Origin: a virus
Taxonomy: Duplodnaviria; Caudoviricetes
DNA length: 64,000 bases
Virus record (IMG/VR): IMGVR_UViG_3300021255_000040
Location: 59,181-123,180 of that record
Strand: one strand, 5' to 3'
Part shown: one piece after another, positions 47,421 to 57,100 of the stretch
How the letters are laid out: each line of letters starts with the position of its first letter
Numbering within the stretch: position 1 is the stretch's first letter
The notes under the pieces: model-generated
Database searches by the model: none
Told to the model about the DNA's origin: nothing
The model's input: only the letters and a program-made list of their open reading frames with translations
Position numbers and translations under genes: made by a program

Positions 47421-47589
47421 ATATAAAAAGCATTAAAGTGTTATCTCCGATAGAATCTTTTATAATCATTTAAGACTCTCAACCTATGACTATACATTTT
47501 AATTAAAAAGAGAGAGGCTTCACAGCTTCCCTCTCCCATCATCATTTTATTAATCTAAATTCTCTCGCATGAACAAAAAAAGAAATTCA

Positions 47590-48243
47590 TCAACTCACCA
47601 TTTCTATATATCTAATTATACCTTCAACATGAATCCTTGCTATCTGATGTCTGCCTAAATCTGAGAGCAGATAATCTACATCCTTCTGATTATCTTGAAA
47701 CAGGTTCTCTGTTAATACAGCTGCACATTGAGTATTTCTCAATACATACAGATGTGCTTCTTTGTCAGGGTCTCCATCAGAGTAGTCAGTCCTAACTTTC
47801 ACACTAGAAAAGTTCTTTTTGGCTGCATCATACAGGCAATTAGCCAATTTGTCTGATTTAGTCTGACCTACAGAAGTAATAGCCTCCCAACCTGTGCCTG
47901 TGTGCCACTTGCCATCAGCACCTGCTGCATTGCAATGAATACTTACATATAGTACATTATCCTTACCACTCTGCCTACAAATCTCATTGACTAAGTTACA
48001 TCTTGTAGCCAGTTCCCTGCTTCTCTCAAGACTAGTACTTGGTGACTGAGCACTCTTTGGCAAGTCCAACTCAGGCATATCAACAATCACCCTATAGCCA
48101 TAGGATTTCAATATGGCAGCTATATCAGCAACTATCTCTCTGGAATAAACACATTCCTTCAGTCTGCCATCAGGAGAACACTTGCCTGGTTCTCTCATTC
48201 TGTGAGCAGTACCCAATATGATAATAGCTGTCTGTTTATTCAT
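47590..48243 (-). CDS. Endolysin, N-acetylmuramoyl-L-alanine amidase (Amidase_3)
   Basis: Zn ligands GTAH, LKE and SIHCNA; LYVLR..CAAVLTENLF. Confidence 0.92.
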   Translation of the reverse strand: MNKQTAIIILGTAHRMREPGKCSPDGRLKECVYSREIVADIAAILKSYGYRVIVDMPELDLPKSAQSPSTSLERSRELATRCNLVNEICRQSGKDNVLYVSIHCNAAGADGKWHTGTGWEAITSVGQTKSDKLANCLYDAAKKNFSSVKVRTDYSDGDPDKEAHLYVLRNTQCAAVLTENLFQDNQKDVDYLLSDLGRHQIARIHVEGIIRYIEMVS

Positions 48244-48245
48244 AA

Positions 48246-48596
48246 TTACTTGTCTTTAGGGTTGGAAATTTCTTTCAGTAAATCAGGACTGACTATTCCA
48301 GTAGGAATTGCAGGATTAGCATGGATGTTGCCAACCAAGTTAATCATCTGCATCTGTAACTGATTAACCTGATTCATCAACCTTTCATTCTCTTTCTGGA
48401 GATTGGCTATCTTGTCATCCTGTACCTTGATAGCATCAGTCATGATCTTCTTATATAACTCAAATGAATCTTCCACGTTCTTAATCTGTTGTGAATCAAC
48501 CTCTGTGATGTACTTCTTCTTTGTGAGGAAGAAGGTAATCACATTACTGATTCCTACTGCACTTAGCAAAGCAATTATAAATTCTGTAGTACCCAT
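48246..48596 (-). CDS. Holin-like TM plus coiled-coil protein
   Basis: N-terminal TM (FIIALLSAVGISNVITFFL) followed by coiled coil; next to the endolysin; start taken at 48596. Confidence 0.6.
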   Translation of the reverse strand: MGTTEFIIALLSAVGISNVITFFLTKKKYITEVDSQQIKNVEDSFELYKKIMTDAIKVQDDKIANLQKENERLMNQVNQLQMQMINLVGNIHANPAIPTGIVSPDLLKEISNPKDK

Positions 48597-48598
48597 TT

Positions 48599-48787
48599 CT
48601 ATTTTATATTTAATCGTTTCAATAAATATGCTAATAGGTATGATGGGTAGATTGTCCATGACAGAGCACTCAATATGGTAATGTAATCCTCATCCTCTTC
48701 CAAGAGAATGTGATTCTTGAACCAGTATTGCAGCTGACATCTGGCTACCAGCACCCCTATGATGTATATGATAATCAGTTCCTTCAT
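48599..48787 (-). CDS. Small two-TM membrane protein (lysis cassette)
   Basis: Two hydrophobic segments; first gene after the promoter at 48810-48817. Confidence 0.6.
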   Translation of the reverse strand: MKELIIIYIIGVLVARCQLQYWFKNHILLEEDEDYITILSALSWTIYPSYLLAYLLKRLNIK

Positions 48788-48809
48788 CTTATATTTTTTC
48801 TTTCCACTG

Positions 48810-48929
48810 CAAAGGTAGAGATAATCTTTTTCTGTTAAGTAATGATAAATAACCTGCTTATGCCTGCTTGTGAATTGACTAAGAAAATCAGTAATATCTT
48901 GGTACTTTATCAGATTTTACTTATCTTTG
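48810..48929. promoter_or_regulatory. Divergent promoter pair
   Basis: Minus strand TACCTTTG-CA at 48810-48817; plus strand TTG-N20-TATCTTTG-CA with its -7 box at 48922-48929. Confidence 0.7.
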
Positions 48930-48946
48930 CACAAAAATATATTGAG

Positions 48947-51679
48947 ATGAAGATTAAGGAGATTCAATACATCAGTCCAGACCTGTTTGCACCCAAGGAT
49001 GCTTGGGACAAATTATCTATGGCAGAAAAGTCTGAGATGATGAAAGTAGCTGTCAGAAATGGTATCACTAACCTTCAGGAGATTAGGAAGAAATACAATG
49101 AATTTGCTGAAGGAGGAGATAAAGAAACTCCAAGACCTGTTACTACTGGAGGTGCAGGATATATTCCACCTGTTGTTTCAGGACCTAATGCAGCTCAAGC
49201 TGGTACTCTAAAAGACATAGCTTATAGAATCATGAGCCAATCCTCTGCTGAAAATAGAGGTCTAGGACATATTGCTAAAGGAGTTTTAGAGTCAATTGCT
49301 GGTCAACCTTATGACCAAATGTACACTGGTTCATTCTCTGGAGGTAATGATGATATGGAACCTGATACAACTAGAGACTTGAATCATCTAATTGTCTATG
49401 GTAACACTAAGGGACAGTACCAACCAAAAGAACTGAGAGGATTTGACTACAGCAACTATCTACAAAAGAATTATGGTGTAAACACAATGCCTACCTATGA
49501 AGGCAGAATAGTTATGGCTAATAAGGTAAACATTCCTACAGAATACAGCCCACTAGTAGAATGGTTATCAGACAGACCTAAATATGGTTACTATGTTGAC
49601 CCAGATAAAGATGCTGATGTTATTCAAGATTGGGATAACCTCCCATTCCTTACAGTAGATGATACTGCATCTTATAGAAGGTCTTTCCGTAGAGATAAAA
49701 GCGGAAAACCAGAATTGGCTAATCAAGATTTAATTGATTATGGTGGTAAAGACTATGGTAGAAAATATGGAACACTGGCAGGACTTCAGGGGGCTGTTTT
49801 AAATAGAATAATCAATTCACCAGTTATTCTTGACCAAGGACTTCCTGTTAATTTCACAAATAATCCTGAGGACTTTGAACAAGGAGAAGGATGGTACAAT
49901 ACCCTTAAGAGCATAGTAGACAGAAACCACATTCTACAAGATAATGGTAATGGTAATTATTCTTATCCTCTAGTTCTGCCAGACATTAATGTCTTTGGTA
50001 GAAAGAGAGCTGAAGGTGGTAAGATTCATATTAAGCCAAGTCACCGTGGAAGACTTACTGAGCTAAAGAAAAGGACTGGTAAAACTGAAGCTGAACTATA
50101 TAGAACTGGCAGTCCTGCAACAAGGAAGATGATTACCTTTGCTAGAAATGCAAGAAAGTGGAAACACAGTCTTGGAGGAGATTTACTTCAAGATGCTATG
50201 GCTCATGTGTATGGCCCTGGAGGAGATATAACTTATGGACATCCTTTTTATTCTTATGATAACAATGGACAATTAATCCTAGATGAGAATGGTAAACCCA
50301 TCATTAATTACAATGCCACTATTCCTAAAGTAACTATAATCCCTGATAGTAAAAAATCTCCTGCTCAGAGAAATTCTGATGAAAGATTTAGGCAAAGAAG
50401 TCTGAGGGACTATGATAAGAACAGAAGCAGGGAATATACTACCAGACAGGTTATACAAGCCCAGAGAGACTGGGAAAATTCAGCAGAGAAGAAGGCTCTA
50501 GACTATGCTCAATCTGTTGCTATGGGTGTAGGTATTGGTGCTGATATAGTTTCAGGTCTTCCTATCTACAGTTCTTTGAAGGGAGTCAGTACTTTGGACA
50601 GAGCTGAAACCCCATTAGAATATATTGAAGGTGGACTATGGTTAACTCCAATGCTAGGAGGAACCTACAAAGGTATAAAACCAATATTCAAAACTGCATC
50701 AAAACCTATTAATTCCACTAACTTATTTGAGGCAACCCAATTTAGTACTGAGACTCCAGAAGCTACTGGAAGATTATCAGAAACACAACAGGCAGCTGAA
50801 AAAGGAAGAAACAAGTTACTAGAGTGGATACAAAGTCCATTCTACAAACAAAGATTAGAGGAAGAGCCTTTTTATAGATTTTCCAATGATATAGCAAATG
50901 AAGCAAGTACTATAGTAAAAGACGCTCCTTTGGATTTTAGTAAAACTGTTAGAGAGATAGATCCGTCAGGAAATATAGCAGGCACAACTAAAACAAGACC
51001 TGCACTGAAAGTGAGAGATGATGGTTATAGAGTCTTTGACTTAAATACAGGTCTTGATGTAAATATTGGTTCTGACTTAGGAAGTGAAGCAGAGGATACT
51101 ACCTTACACGAATTGTTGCATTACCTTACAGTAAATTCTAAGGGTATTCCAGAATCAACCAGCACTATGCAAATAGTTGACAAGGGATGGATGCAACCTT
51201 TGGAAGCTTTGTATAATCCTGTAGGTAAAAATATCTTAAGAGGAAAGAAATGGCAAAACTACATTCTTGACCAAAATGATGCTTTATTGCCAAAGTATGA
51301 TTCTGTAGTAGATATGGTAATGAATAGACCTGACGAAGCTAAAGCTGCTCTTTTAAAGGCAGGAAGAACAGAAGCTCAAGCAGATGTTGCTATTAAGTCG
51401 TTACAAGATAGATATGCATACTGGGCTGATATTCAGGAGCAACGAGCACACCTTCAAGAATTATTTATATCAAAGATTAAACCCCATTTAAAAAACCCAA
51501 ATGACGCAGCAGAGATAGAAAGTTTTCTTTCACAACACCCAGAAATACTTGAAAACTCTGCTCCGTATAATTATATACAAGAAGTAAGGCCTGGTTCTCT
51601 CAAACAGTATGCAGGTTACTTTGCTTCGGCTCTTAGTACATTACCTTTTATTAATAAACTAATAACAAATGAACAATAA
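48947..51679 (+). CDS. Modular protein with AEGG-delimited segments and a C-terminal zincin metallopeptidase-like domain
   Basis: Start moved to the ATG at 48947, after the promoter. Contains IHIKPSHRG...FARNARKW, TLHELLH and a distal E..AH. Confidence 0.7.
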   Translation: MKIKEIQYISPDLFAPKDAWDKLSMAEKSEMMKVAVRNGITNLQEIRKKYNEFAEGGDKETPRPVTTGGAGYIPPVVSGPNAAQAGTLKDIAYRIMSQSSAENRGLGHIAKGVLESIAGQPYDQMYTGSFSGGNDDMEPDTTRDLNHLIVYGNTKGQYQPKELRGFDYSNYLQKNYGVNTMPTYEGRIVMANKVNIPTEYSPLVEWLSDRPKYGYYVDPDKDADVIQDWDNLPFLTVDDTASYRRSFRRDKSGKPELANQDLIDYGGKDYGRKYGTLAGLQGAVLNRIINSPVILDQGLPVNFTNNPEDFEQGEGWYNTLKSIVDRNHILQDNGNGNYSYPLVLPDINVFGRKRAEGGKIHIKPSHRGRLTELKKRTGKTEAELYRTGSPATRKMITFARNARKWKHSLGGDLLQDAMAHVYGPGGDITYGHPFYSYDNNGQLILDENGKPIINYNATIPKVTIIPDSKKSPAQRNSDERFRQRSLRDYDKNRSREYTTRQVIQAQRDWENSAEKKALDYAQSVAMGVGIGADIVSGLPIYSSLKGVSTLDRAETPLEYIEGGLWLTPMLGGTYKGIKPIFKTASKPINSTNLFEATQFSTETPEATGRLSETQQAAEKGRNKLLEWIQSPFYKQRLEEEPFYRFSNDIANEASTIVKDAPLDFSKTVREIDPSGNIAGTTKTRPALKVRDDGYRVFDLNTGLDVNIGSDLGSEAEDTTLHELLHYLTVNSKGIPESTSTMQIVDKGWMQPLEALYNPVGKNILRGKKWQNYILDQNDALLPKYDSVVDMVMNRPDEAKAALLKAGRTEAQADVAIKSLQDRYAYWADIQEQRAHLQELFISKIKPHLKNPNDAAEIESFLSQHPEILENSAPYNYIQEVRPGSLKQYAGYFASALSTLPFINKLITNEQ

Positions 51680-51848
51680 AGATATGGAAGAAACTATTAA
51701 AATAATTAAAGAGGCAGCAGCTAACAAATCTGTCCCCCACAAAGAAAAAAGAATAGATTGTAAATCCCTATCTAATGAAGAGTTAATAAAACTGCAAGAA
51801 AAAGAACAATTAAAGGATTTAAAACAAATAGTATATAATAAAAGGTGA
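51669..51848 (+). CDS. Small charged protein (59 aa, MNNKDMEETIKIIKEAAA...) overlapping the end of the zincin gene
   Basis: Fills the space between the zincin gene and the terminator; below the ORF-track cut-off. Confidence 0.6.
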   Translation: MNNKDMEETIKIIKEAAANKSVPHKEKRIDCKSLSNEELIKLQEKEQLKDLKQIVYNKR

Positions 51849-51870
51849 GCTTCTAACTCACCTTTCTTTT
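51840..51870. terminator. Bidirectional terminator
   Basis: aaaggtgag-cttctaa-ctcaccttt followed by a T-tract. Confidence 0.75.
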
Positions 51871-52259
51871 TCTTTTATACACTTTTGGTGGAAGTATAAA
51901 ACCAAGAACAAAAAGACTCCTGCTGTAATAATATGCAAAACAAAGTAGTTCCAGTTGGATATAGGTAGTCCATATTCTACATCAGTACAACACAAGATAT
52001 TGTTTACTAAGATATACCAGAGAAACATTCTATGATATTCACAAAAATGTAGCCTGTAAGAAGCCATGATAATAAACAACCAAGGTATAAATCCAACACT
52101 GGCTATATAAGAGATTACTGGCAAATCTATATCAAAGTATGACAGGACTGTATTCAAAAGAAACAATCCTGCCAATACCATAGGTAGCACTCTCAGGAAA
52201 CCTATAAACAGTTTTCCTTTATGATAATCACTTAGTCTTGAGTTTTCCTCCGCAATCAT
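51858..52259 (-). CDS. Multi-TM membrane protein
   Basis: About four hydrophobic helices; FCEYHR; start uncertain (ATG at 52259 chosen). Confidence 0.65.
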   Translation of the reverse strand: MIAEENSRLSDYHKGKLFIGFLRVLPMVLAGLFLLNTVLSYFDIDLPVISYIASVGFIPWLFIIMASYRLHFCEYHRMFLWYILVNNILCCTDVEYGLPISNWNYFVLHIITAGVFLFLVLYFHQKCIKEKER

Positions 52260-52353
52260 ATCTTCTTGCTCTGTTTTTAGTGACTCCAGCTTTAGACATT
52301 GTAGGTTTAACTCTACCACCACCTGCTTTTTTGTTTGAACGCTTTGTTGCCAT
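52228..52353 (-). CDS. Small basic peptide (41 aa, MATKRSNKKAGGGRVKPTMSKAGVTKNRARRYDCGGKLKTK)
   Basis: A-rich leader; fills the gap; carries a YxxGG motif. Confidence 0.6.
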   Translation of the reverse strand: MATKRSNKKAGGGRVKPTMSKAGVTKNRARRYDCGGKLKTK

Positions 52354-52386
52354 ATTCTTTAGTTATTAAACGATTAAAATTCAAGT

Positions 52387-52668
52387 TTATTGTTTCTTAT
52401 ACCATTCAAGTTCATCTTTATACCAGCGCAATTCCTTATACCCAGTAATCTTTTTGCCTTGAGGAAGCTTACCTTCTCTGACATAGTCATCAAATCTGCT
52501 TCTACTCAGGTTAAGGAAGATACAAGCTTGTTCCTTGCTTAGAGGTTCATGAGCTATGACTTTCAAAATGCTCATAGCTTCAGCCTCAGTTAGCTCACAA
52601 GAGTCAGCCTCTATTTTATCAATAGCATTCTTGAGGTACTTTACTACAAGTTTCTTGAAATCAATCAT
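52387..52668 (-). CDS. Excisionase/AlpA-like HTH DNA-binding protein
   Basis: LSKEQACIFLNLSRSRFDDYVREGKLP..W...EL; start taken at 52668. Confidence 0.75.
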   Translation of the reverse strand: MIDFKKLVVKYLKNAIDKIEADSCELTEAEAMSILKVIAHEPLSKEQACIFLNLSRSRFDDYVREGKLPQGKKITGYKELRWYKDELEWYKKQ

Positions 52669-52669
52669 A

Positions 52670-53146
52670 TTACTCAAACGTATAGACAATCTTAATCTCT
52701 CCAGTCTCTTTGTCAATGTAGCTCTTCTGTATCTTCAAAGAGTCATTGGTAGTCACTGCCTCTACAAGTCCTGGGAACTCAGTACTCATTCTGATATTAA
52801 GCTGTCCAGACTTAATCTGCACGTCTCTAATCATGTTGAGCAAAGTAATACCCTCAGAGTCTGAGATACCTGCAAGGAATTCTTCCAACTCATGCCAAGA
52901 GTCAATCACTCCTTCCTTAGAACCTGCATCATGGAGGAATCTCTGATAATCATTCCAATGCTTCAGGAAGAAATAGTTCAGCTTATCTTGGAACTTAGTA
53001 TCGAGACTATAGTTATGAATTATTTCAGCAGTAAACTTCTCAAGCTGACTGAAATCTACATTCCTGTCTTTAAGTTGCTCTGCGTATGCTATTTCACCTG
53101 TACTGGTATCATTCACCAAGGTGTTTGAAATCTTCATCTCTGCCAT
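52670..53146 (-). CDS. Hypothetical protein, possibly tail-associated
   Basis: IDSWHELEEFLAGISD motif typical of Bacteroidota phage fibre-related proteins. Confidence 0.55.
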   Translation of the reverse strand: MAEMKISNTLVNDTSTGEIAYAEQLKDRNVDFSQLEKFTAEIIHNYSLDTKFQDKLNYFFLKHWNDYQRFLHDAGSKEGVIDSWHELEEFLAGISDSEGITLLNMIRDVQIKSGQLNIRMSTEFPGLVEAVTTNDSLKIQKSYIDKETGEIKIVYTFE

Positions 53147-53154
53147 AATTCTTC

Positions 53155-53988
53155 TTAGCTAATAGTTAATCTTTTACTTACTGAACTATCAATCAAGTCA
53201 TTACTCTGGTAGAGTTTATAGGTATAACTGCTACCATTGATAATCCTTTCCACAGTACCAATCTGACTAAATGCCAAAGGAGCATTTAAGGCATCAGGTT
53301 GAACAATCCTAGAGATACTCATACCTGAAGGAACTGCAAAATAGATATGCTTAAACCCTGTACCTGAAGCTGGGATATTTACTGTACAAGCAACAGAATT
53401 ACTGAAATGACTCGTACCTAATGCTGTAACATCAGCAGGCTGATTATCTGCAAAACCAAAATACTTATTGAGATTGACATTAGTAGTAGTCTCTACATAC
53501 TTGGCTATACCATTATAGGTACAATCAAATCTTGCCTTGTACTGACCAACTACATTGGGAAGAGTATATGTAGTATTACCACTCCAATTGTTAATTTCTT
53601 CAAGAATTGCACCACTAGAACTGATAGTCAGTTTCTTCACTTCCATATCTTCAAAAGCTACGGGTTCAGCAGGCTCATCACCATAGGTCTCAATAAAAGC
53701 AGAACCCACTAAGGTAATATTATTCGCTTCTCCTGTAATCTCCATTGTCTGACCAGCCTGACTATTCTCCAGATAAAGAACTAATTTCTCTGCCTTCCTA
53801 TGCAGTTCTCTTGCATCCTCTTCTCCATCAAAGAGCCTATCTTCAAGTCTCTGATGCTTGATACCTTCAGGAATGGTTCCATCAGGCTTCTGACTAAAAA
53901 TAGCTTGAGTGGTAGAAACAGGATATACATCAGTATTGTCTGTTCCACCAATCAGCTCATTATCCTTTAATGTTTTTATGTATGCCAT
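53155..53988 (-). CDS. Putative structural beta-rich protein
   Basis: VYPVSTTQAI N-terminal motif; C-terminal YFG...YFAVP...YKLYQS beta domain. Confidence 0.55.
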   Translation of the reverse strand: MAYIKTLKDNELIGGTDNTDVYPVSTTQAIFSQKPDGTIPEGIKHQRLEDRLFDGEEDARELHRKAEKLVLYLENSQAGQTMEITGEANNITLVGSAFIETYGDEPAEPVAFEDMEVKKLTISSSGAILEEINNWSGNTTYTLPNVVGQYKARFDCTYNGIAKYVETTTNVNLNKYFGFADNQPADVTALGTSHFSNSVACTVNIPASGTGFKHIYFAVPSGMSISRIVQPDALNAPLAFSQIGTVERIINGSSYTYKLYQSNDLIDSSVSKRLTIS

Positions 53989-54010
53989 AACATTTATTAA
54001 TTAACTGCTG

Positions 54011-54018
54011 CAAAAATA
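54011..54018 (-). promoter_or_regulatory. TAnnTTTG promoter box (TATTTTTG followed by CA)
   Basis: 22 nt upstream of the ATG at 53988. Confidence 0.65.
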
Positions 54019-54079
54019 CAAAGAATATATTATGCTTTTACTAAGATTAGGATATTACTAAGACCTCATTATAGCAAAC

Positions 54080-54108
54080 AAAAAAGGAGCCTTACTAGAC
54101 TCCTTTTC
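54080..54108 (-). terminator. Terminator after the 2412-aa gene
   Basis: aaaaggag...ctcctttt hairpin with an A-tract on the + strand (U-tract on -). Confidence 0.7.
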
Positions 54109-54110
54109 CT

Positions 54111-57100
54111 TTACCTACAATTAATAATAGTATCTATCCAAGCCAGAACAGCTGTGTCTGAAGTTTCTATGGCATCAACCTCTACATTCTTGCCTTTGAG
54201 GAACTGTTTCAGTTCTTCCATAGACATCTTAGAAGTTTCTGGCCACTTCTGCTTAAGGGTTAAGGAAACTTGCTTTCTCCACTGTCTGCTCTTAGCCAGA
54301 GTATTGAAGTTCTGGGTGGCTCCCTGACTACCAGAAGATTCAAGCTGTGCTCCACTCTTGTGAAGTTTATCTTCTTGTCTTTGGGGTTGTGCAGGTGCTT
54401 CCTCTTCTCCCTCTTTCTTTTCTTTTTCACTAAGTCTTGCCTCTTGCCTCTGCCTTAGTTCATCAGGAGTAATCAGTTCACCAGTCTCATCATCAACAAC
54501 CATGCCTTCCTCTTCACCAAGAATATCCACATCCTCTACCTTAGTAGCTTCCAGTGCAGCCTTGGCAGCTTCAGCTCTTTCCCTTTCAGCATTCTCTTTC
54601 TCTATTTTTTCTATCAGTTGTAGAGCTTCTGCATCACTTACCTCTTTTACCTCCTTGGTATTACGATGAATCTTAACTGCCTCAGGATGCTCCTTGCTGC
54701 CTAAGATATAAGTGTTCCAGACACCACTACTCTCAACAGGAGCAATACCTCCTTTAATGACTCTTCTGTTATAGTCCAGACTTCTGACCATAGTTTCATC
54801 AGTTACAGGAATACCATTCAGATAATACCTGCCCTCATTCCTGTCATAGTTATAGTACTGATGTTTAAACACCACCTGAGTCCTGTCACCATTCCTAAAG
54901 TCAGAGTTACTGCCTGTTCTTGGAATATCATTATTCACTACCTCAGGCTTCAGCATCTGTCCTTGAGCATCTAGACCATAGACACTATAGCTGCTGCCTG
55001 CTGTAGTCATTCTGGCAATATCAGTCAGCAATGCCCCAGCTTCATCATACTGCTGCAACAACACATTACTCTGAAGTACAGACTTGGTGATATTGACTCT
55101 AGGATTCATCTCCACCATAGCTTCCATGAATGCCTGCCTGTCAAAGTTCTCATCAAGTACAAAAGTCTTGAAGGTCTTACCATCATGAACCAGTGACACT
55201 ACATTCTTGCTCTTCATCAGCAGAATAGTATCACCCTCCTTGTCCATATAGAAGATATTACTCAAGTCTATCACTGCTTGAAGTCTGGTAGCATAGTTTG
55301 GAGAAGTAACATTACCCAACAATTCCTCAACCCTGTCCTTCAAAGCACCATCCATCATTTCATTATAGAACAGAGGTTTCAAGTAACTTGGAACCATTTT
55401 GCCATTACTTGCAGAAATCAGCACAAAGGCACTACCACTATTAGCATCAGGATTTCTTGGAATCATCACATTGGCAAGATTAGTACCTACCACTAAGAAC
55501 TGGGTTCTCTCCTGAATACCCCAAGCCAAATCCTGCATTTCCAGTCCCTGAGGATTCCTCTCTTTGTCAGTCAACAGGTCTCTGATACTTCTGAACTCAG
55601 GATTCCCATCAGTCTCCAACTGTTTCACAATATAACCAGGAATCAGTGACTGAGGCACTACTTCAGTACTCAAGTTCTCAGGAACATAGAATCTCTCCTC
55701 AGGATGAGTCCTAAAGAATTCTCCCTGACCTCTTTTCACCAAACCATAGCCATTAGTACTCCTTGGGTTATTACTAAACAGAATATCATAGAGAGCCAGC
55801 TTATCAGCATTCCTGTTGCCATAACCTACAGTACCAATCACCAGATACTTCTTGCCATTACTCTCCAGCACTCCACCATTCTCATCATTGTGGATATTGG
55901 TAATACCCTTATTGACCTTATTGTCATAGTCCAATACCAGCAACAAATGGGTCTTCATGTCTACATCGTTAGTAGCATTCCTATCTGGTCTTACTACCAT
56001 GAATTTCACCTTGGCATGAGGATTCTGCTTGAGTATCAGTCCTAACTCTTCATCAATGATATTCTGGAGCTTGATACCTGCTGCATCCATCCAAGCAAAG
56101 TATCTGCTCATGCTGTCAGTAGGATTCTCTCCCTTCTTATGCTCCAGCTTACCTTCATTCTGTAATGATGCAGACTTATACTCTGACATAGCATTACCAC
56201 TCAATGAAGTAGCACTGGTTTCAATCACATGTTCACCAGTACCATTCTGGGCAGCATAGTCAGTAGTCTCCTCAGAGCTATGTACTTCCTTGCCCTCATT
56301 AGCTTCAGACATCTGCTCATTTATTGTAGCAGACTTGCCCTGAACACTCTCTCCATTATCTATAATATGTGAAGCTTCCACATTATTATTAACGGAAGAA
56401 TCAGCCTTTTTATTGTCTTCAAGGTTCTTTCCATCATTCTGTTCGACAAATTCTATCAGTTGTTGTGGAGTATTTATACCTAAGTCTTTCAAAGCCTTAG
56501 TTGCCTCTCTAACTTTAGTACTATTCTCCATAGAAGGAATAGCATCAGATAACTTATAACCTTTATCCAGTACTCCAGCATCAACAGCATAATTTATAGC
56601 AGGCTGTAAAGTACCTTGCATAGCAATACCAAGAATTACTTTGCCTTCTTTAGTCTGTCTAGTTTCCTTATCACTTTCTGTATAATAATCCCAATTACTC
56701 TTCTTTTCACCAATTTGAGATTTCATGGAAGAATGGTAAGAGGGTTTAGTTACTATGGGTTTATTTAAATCAAGTTCTTCTGATAGTTCTCCTCTCTGTT
56801 CAGCAGTCTCTTCACTCTGGTCAATAGGAGCAACATCCCAAGGAGCCTGGAGATTACTGCCATCAGGAGCAACCTCTTGTGCAGGTTGAGCATTAGCAGC
56901 CTCTTGAGCTTTAGCCTGAGCTTCAGCAGCAGCTATCTTAGCATCCTCCTCAGCTTCCTTTTTTCTCTGAGCCTCTGCTGCCTCACGCTCTTTCCTTTGC
57001 TTTCTGCTCTCAATGACTGTAGCATCACGCTGATAACCTAACTGCTCCAGACCATTAAGCACCTTCTCAAAGTCCTGAGCCACCTGAGGATTCTGAACAT

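Noticed and set aside
48842-48946. N-terminal extensions given for 48842, 10271, 17669, 52716, 52322 and 48659
   Set aside because: They run across promoter boxes or upstream genes; the downstream ATGs fit better.
56360-56437. Possible nested ORF (25 aa) after the insert in the 2412-aa gene
   Set aside because: Too short, with shadow-like composition and no promoter box found.
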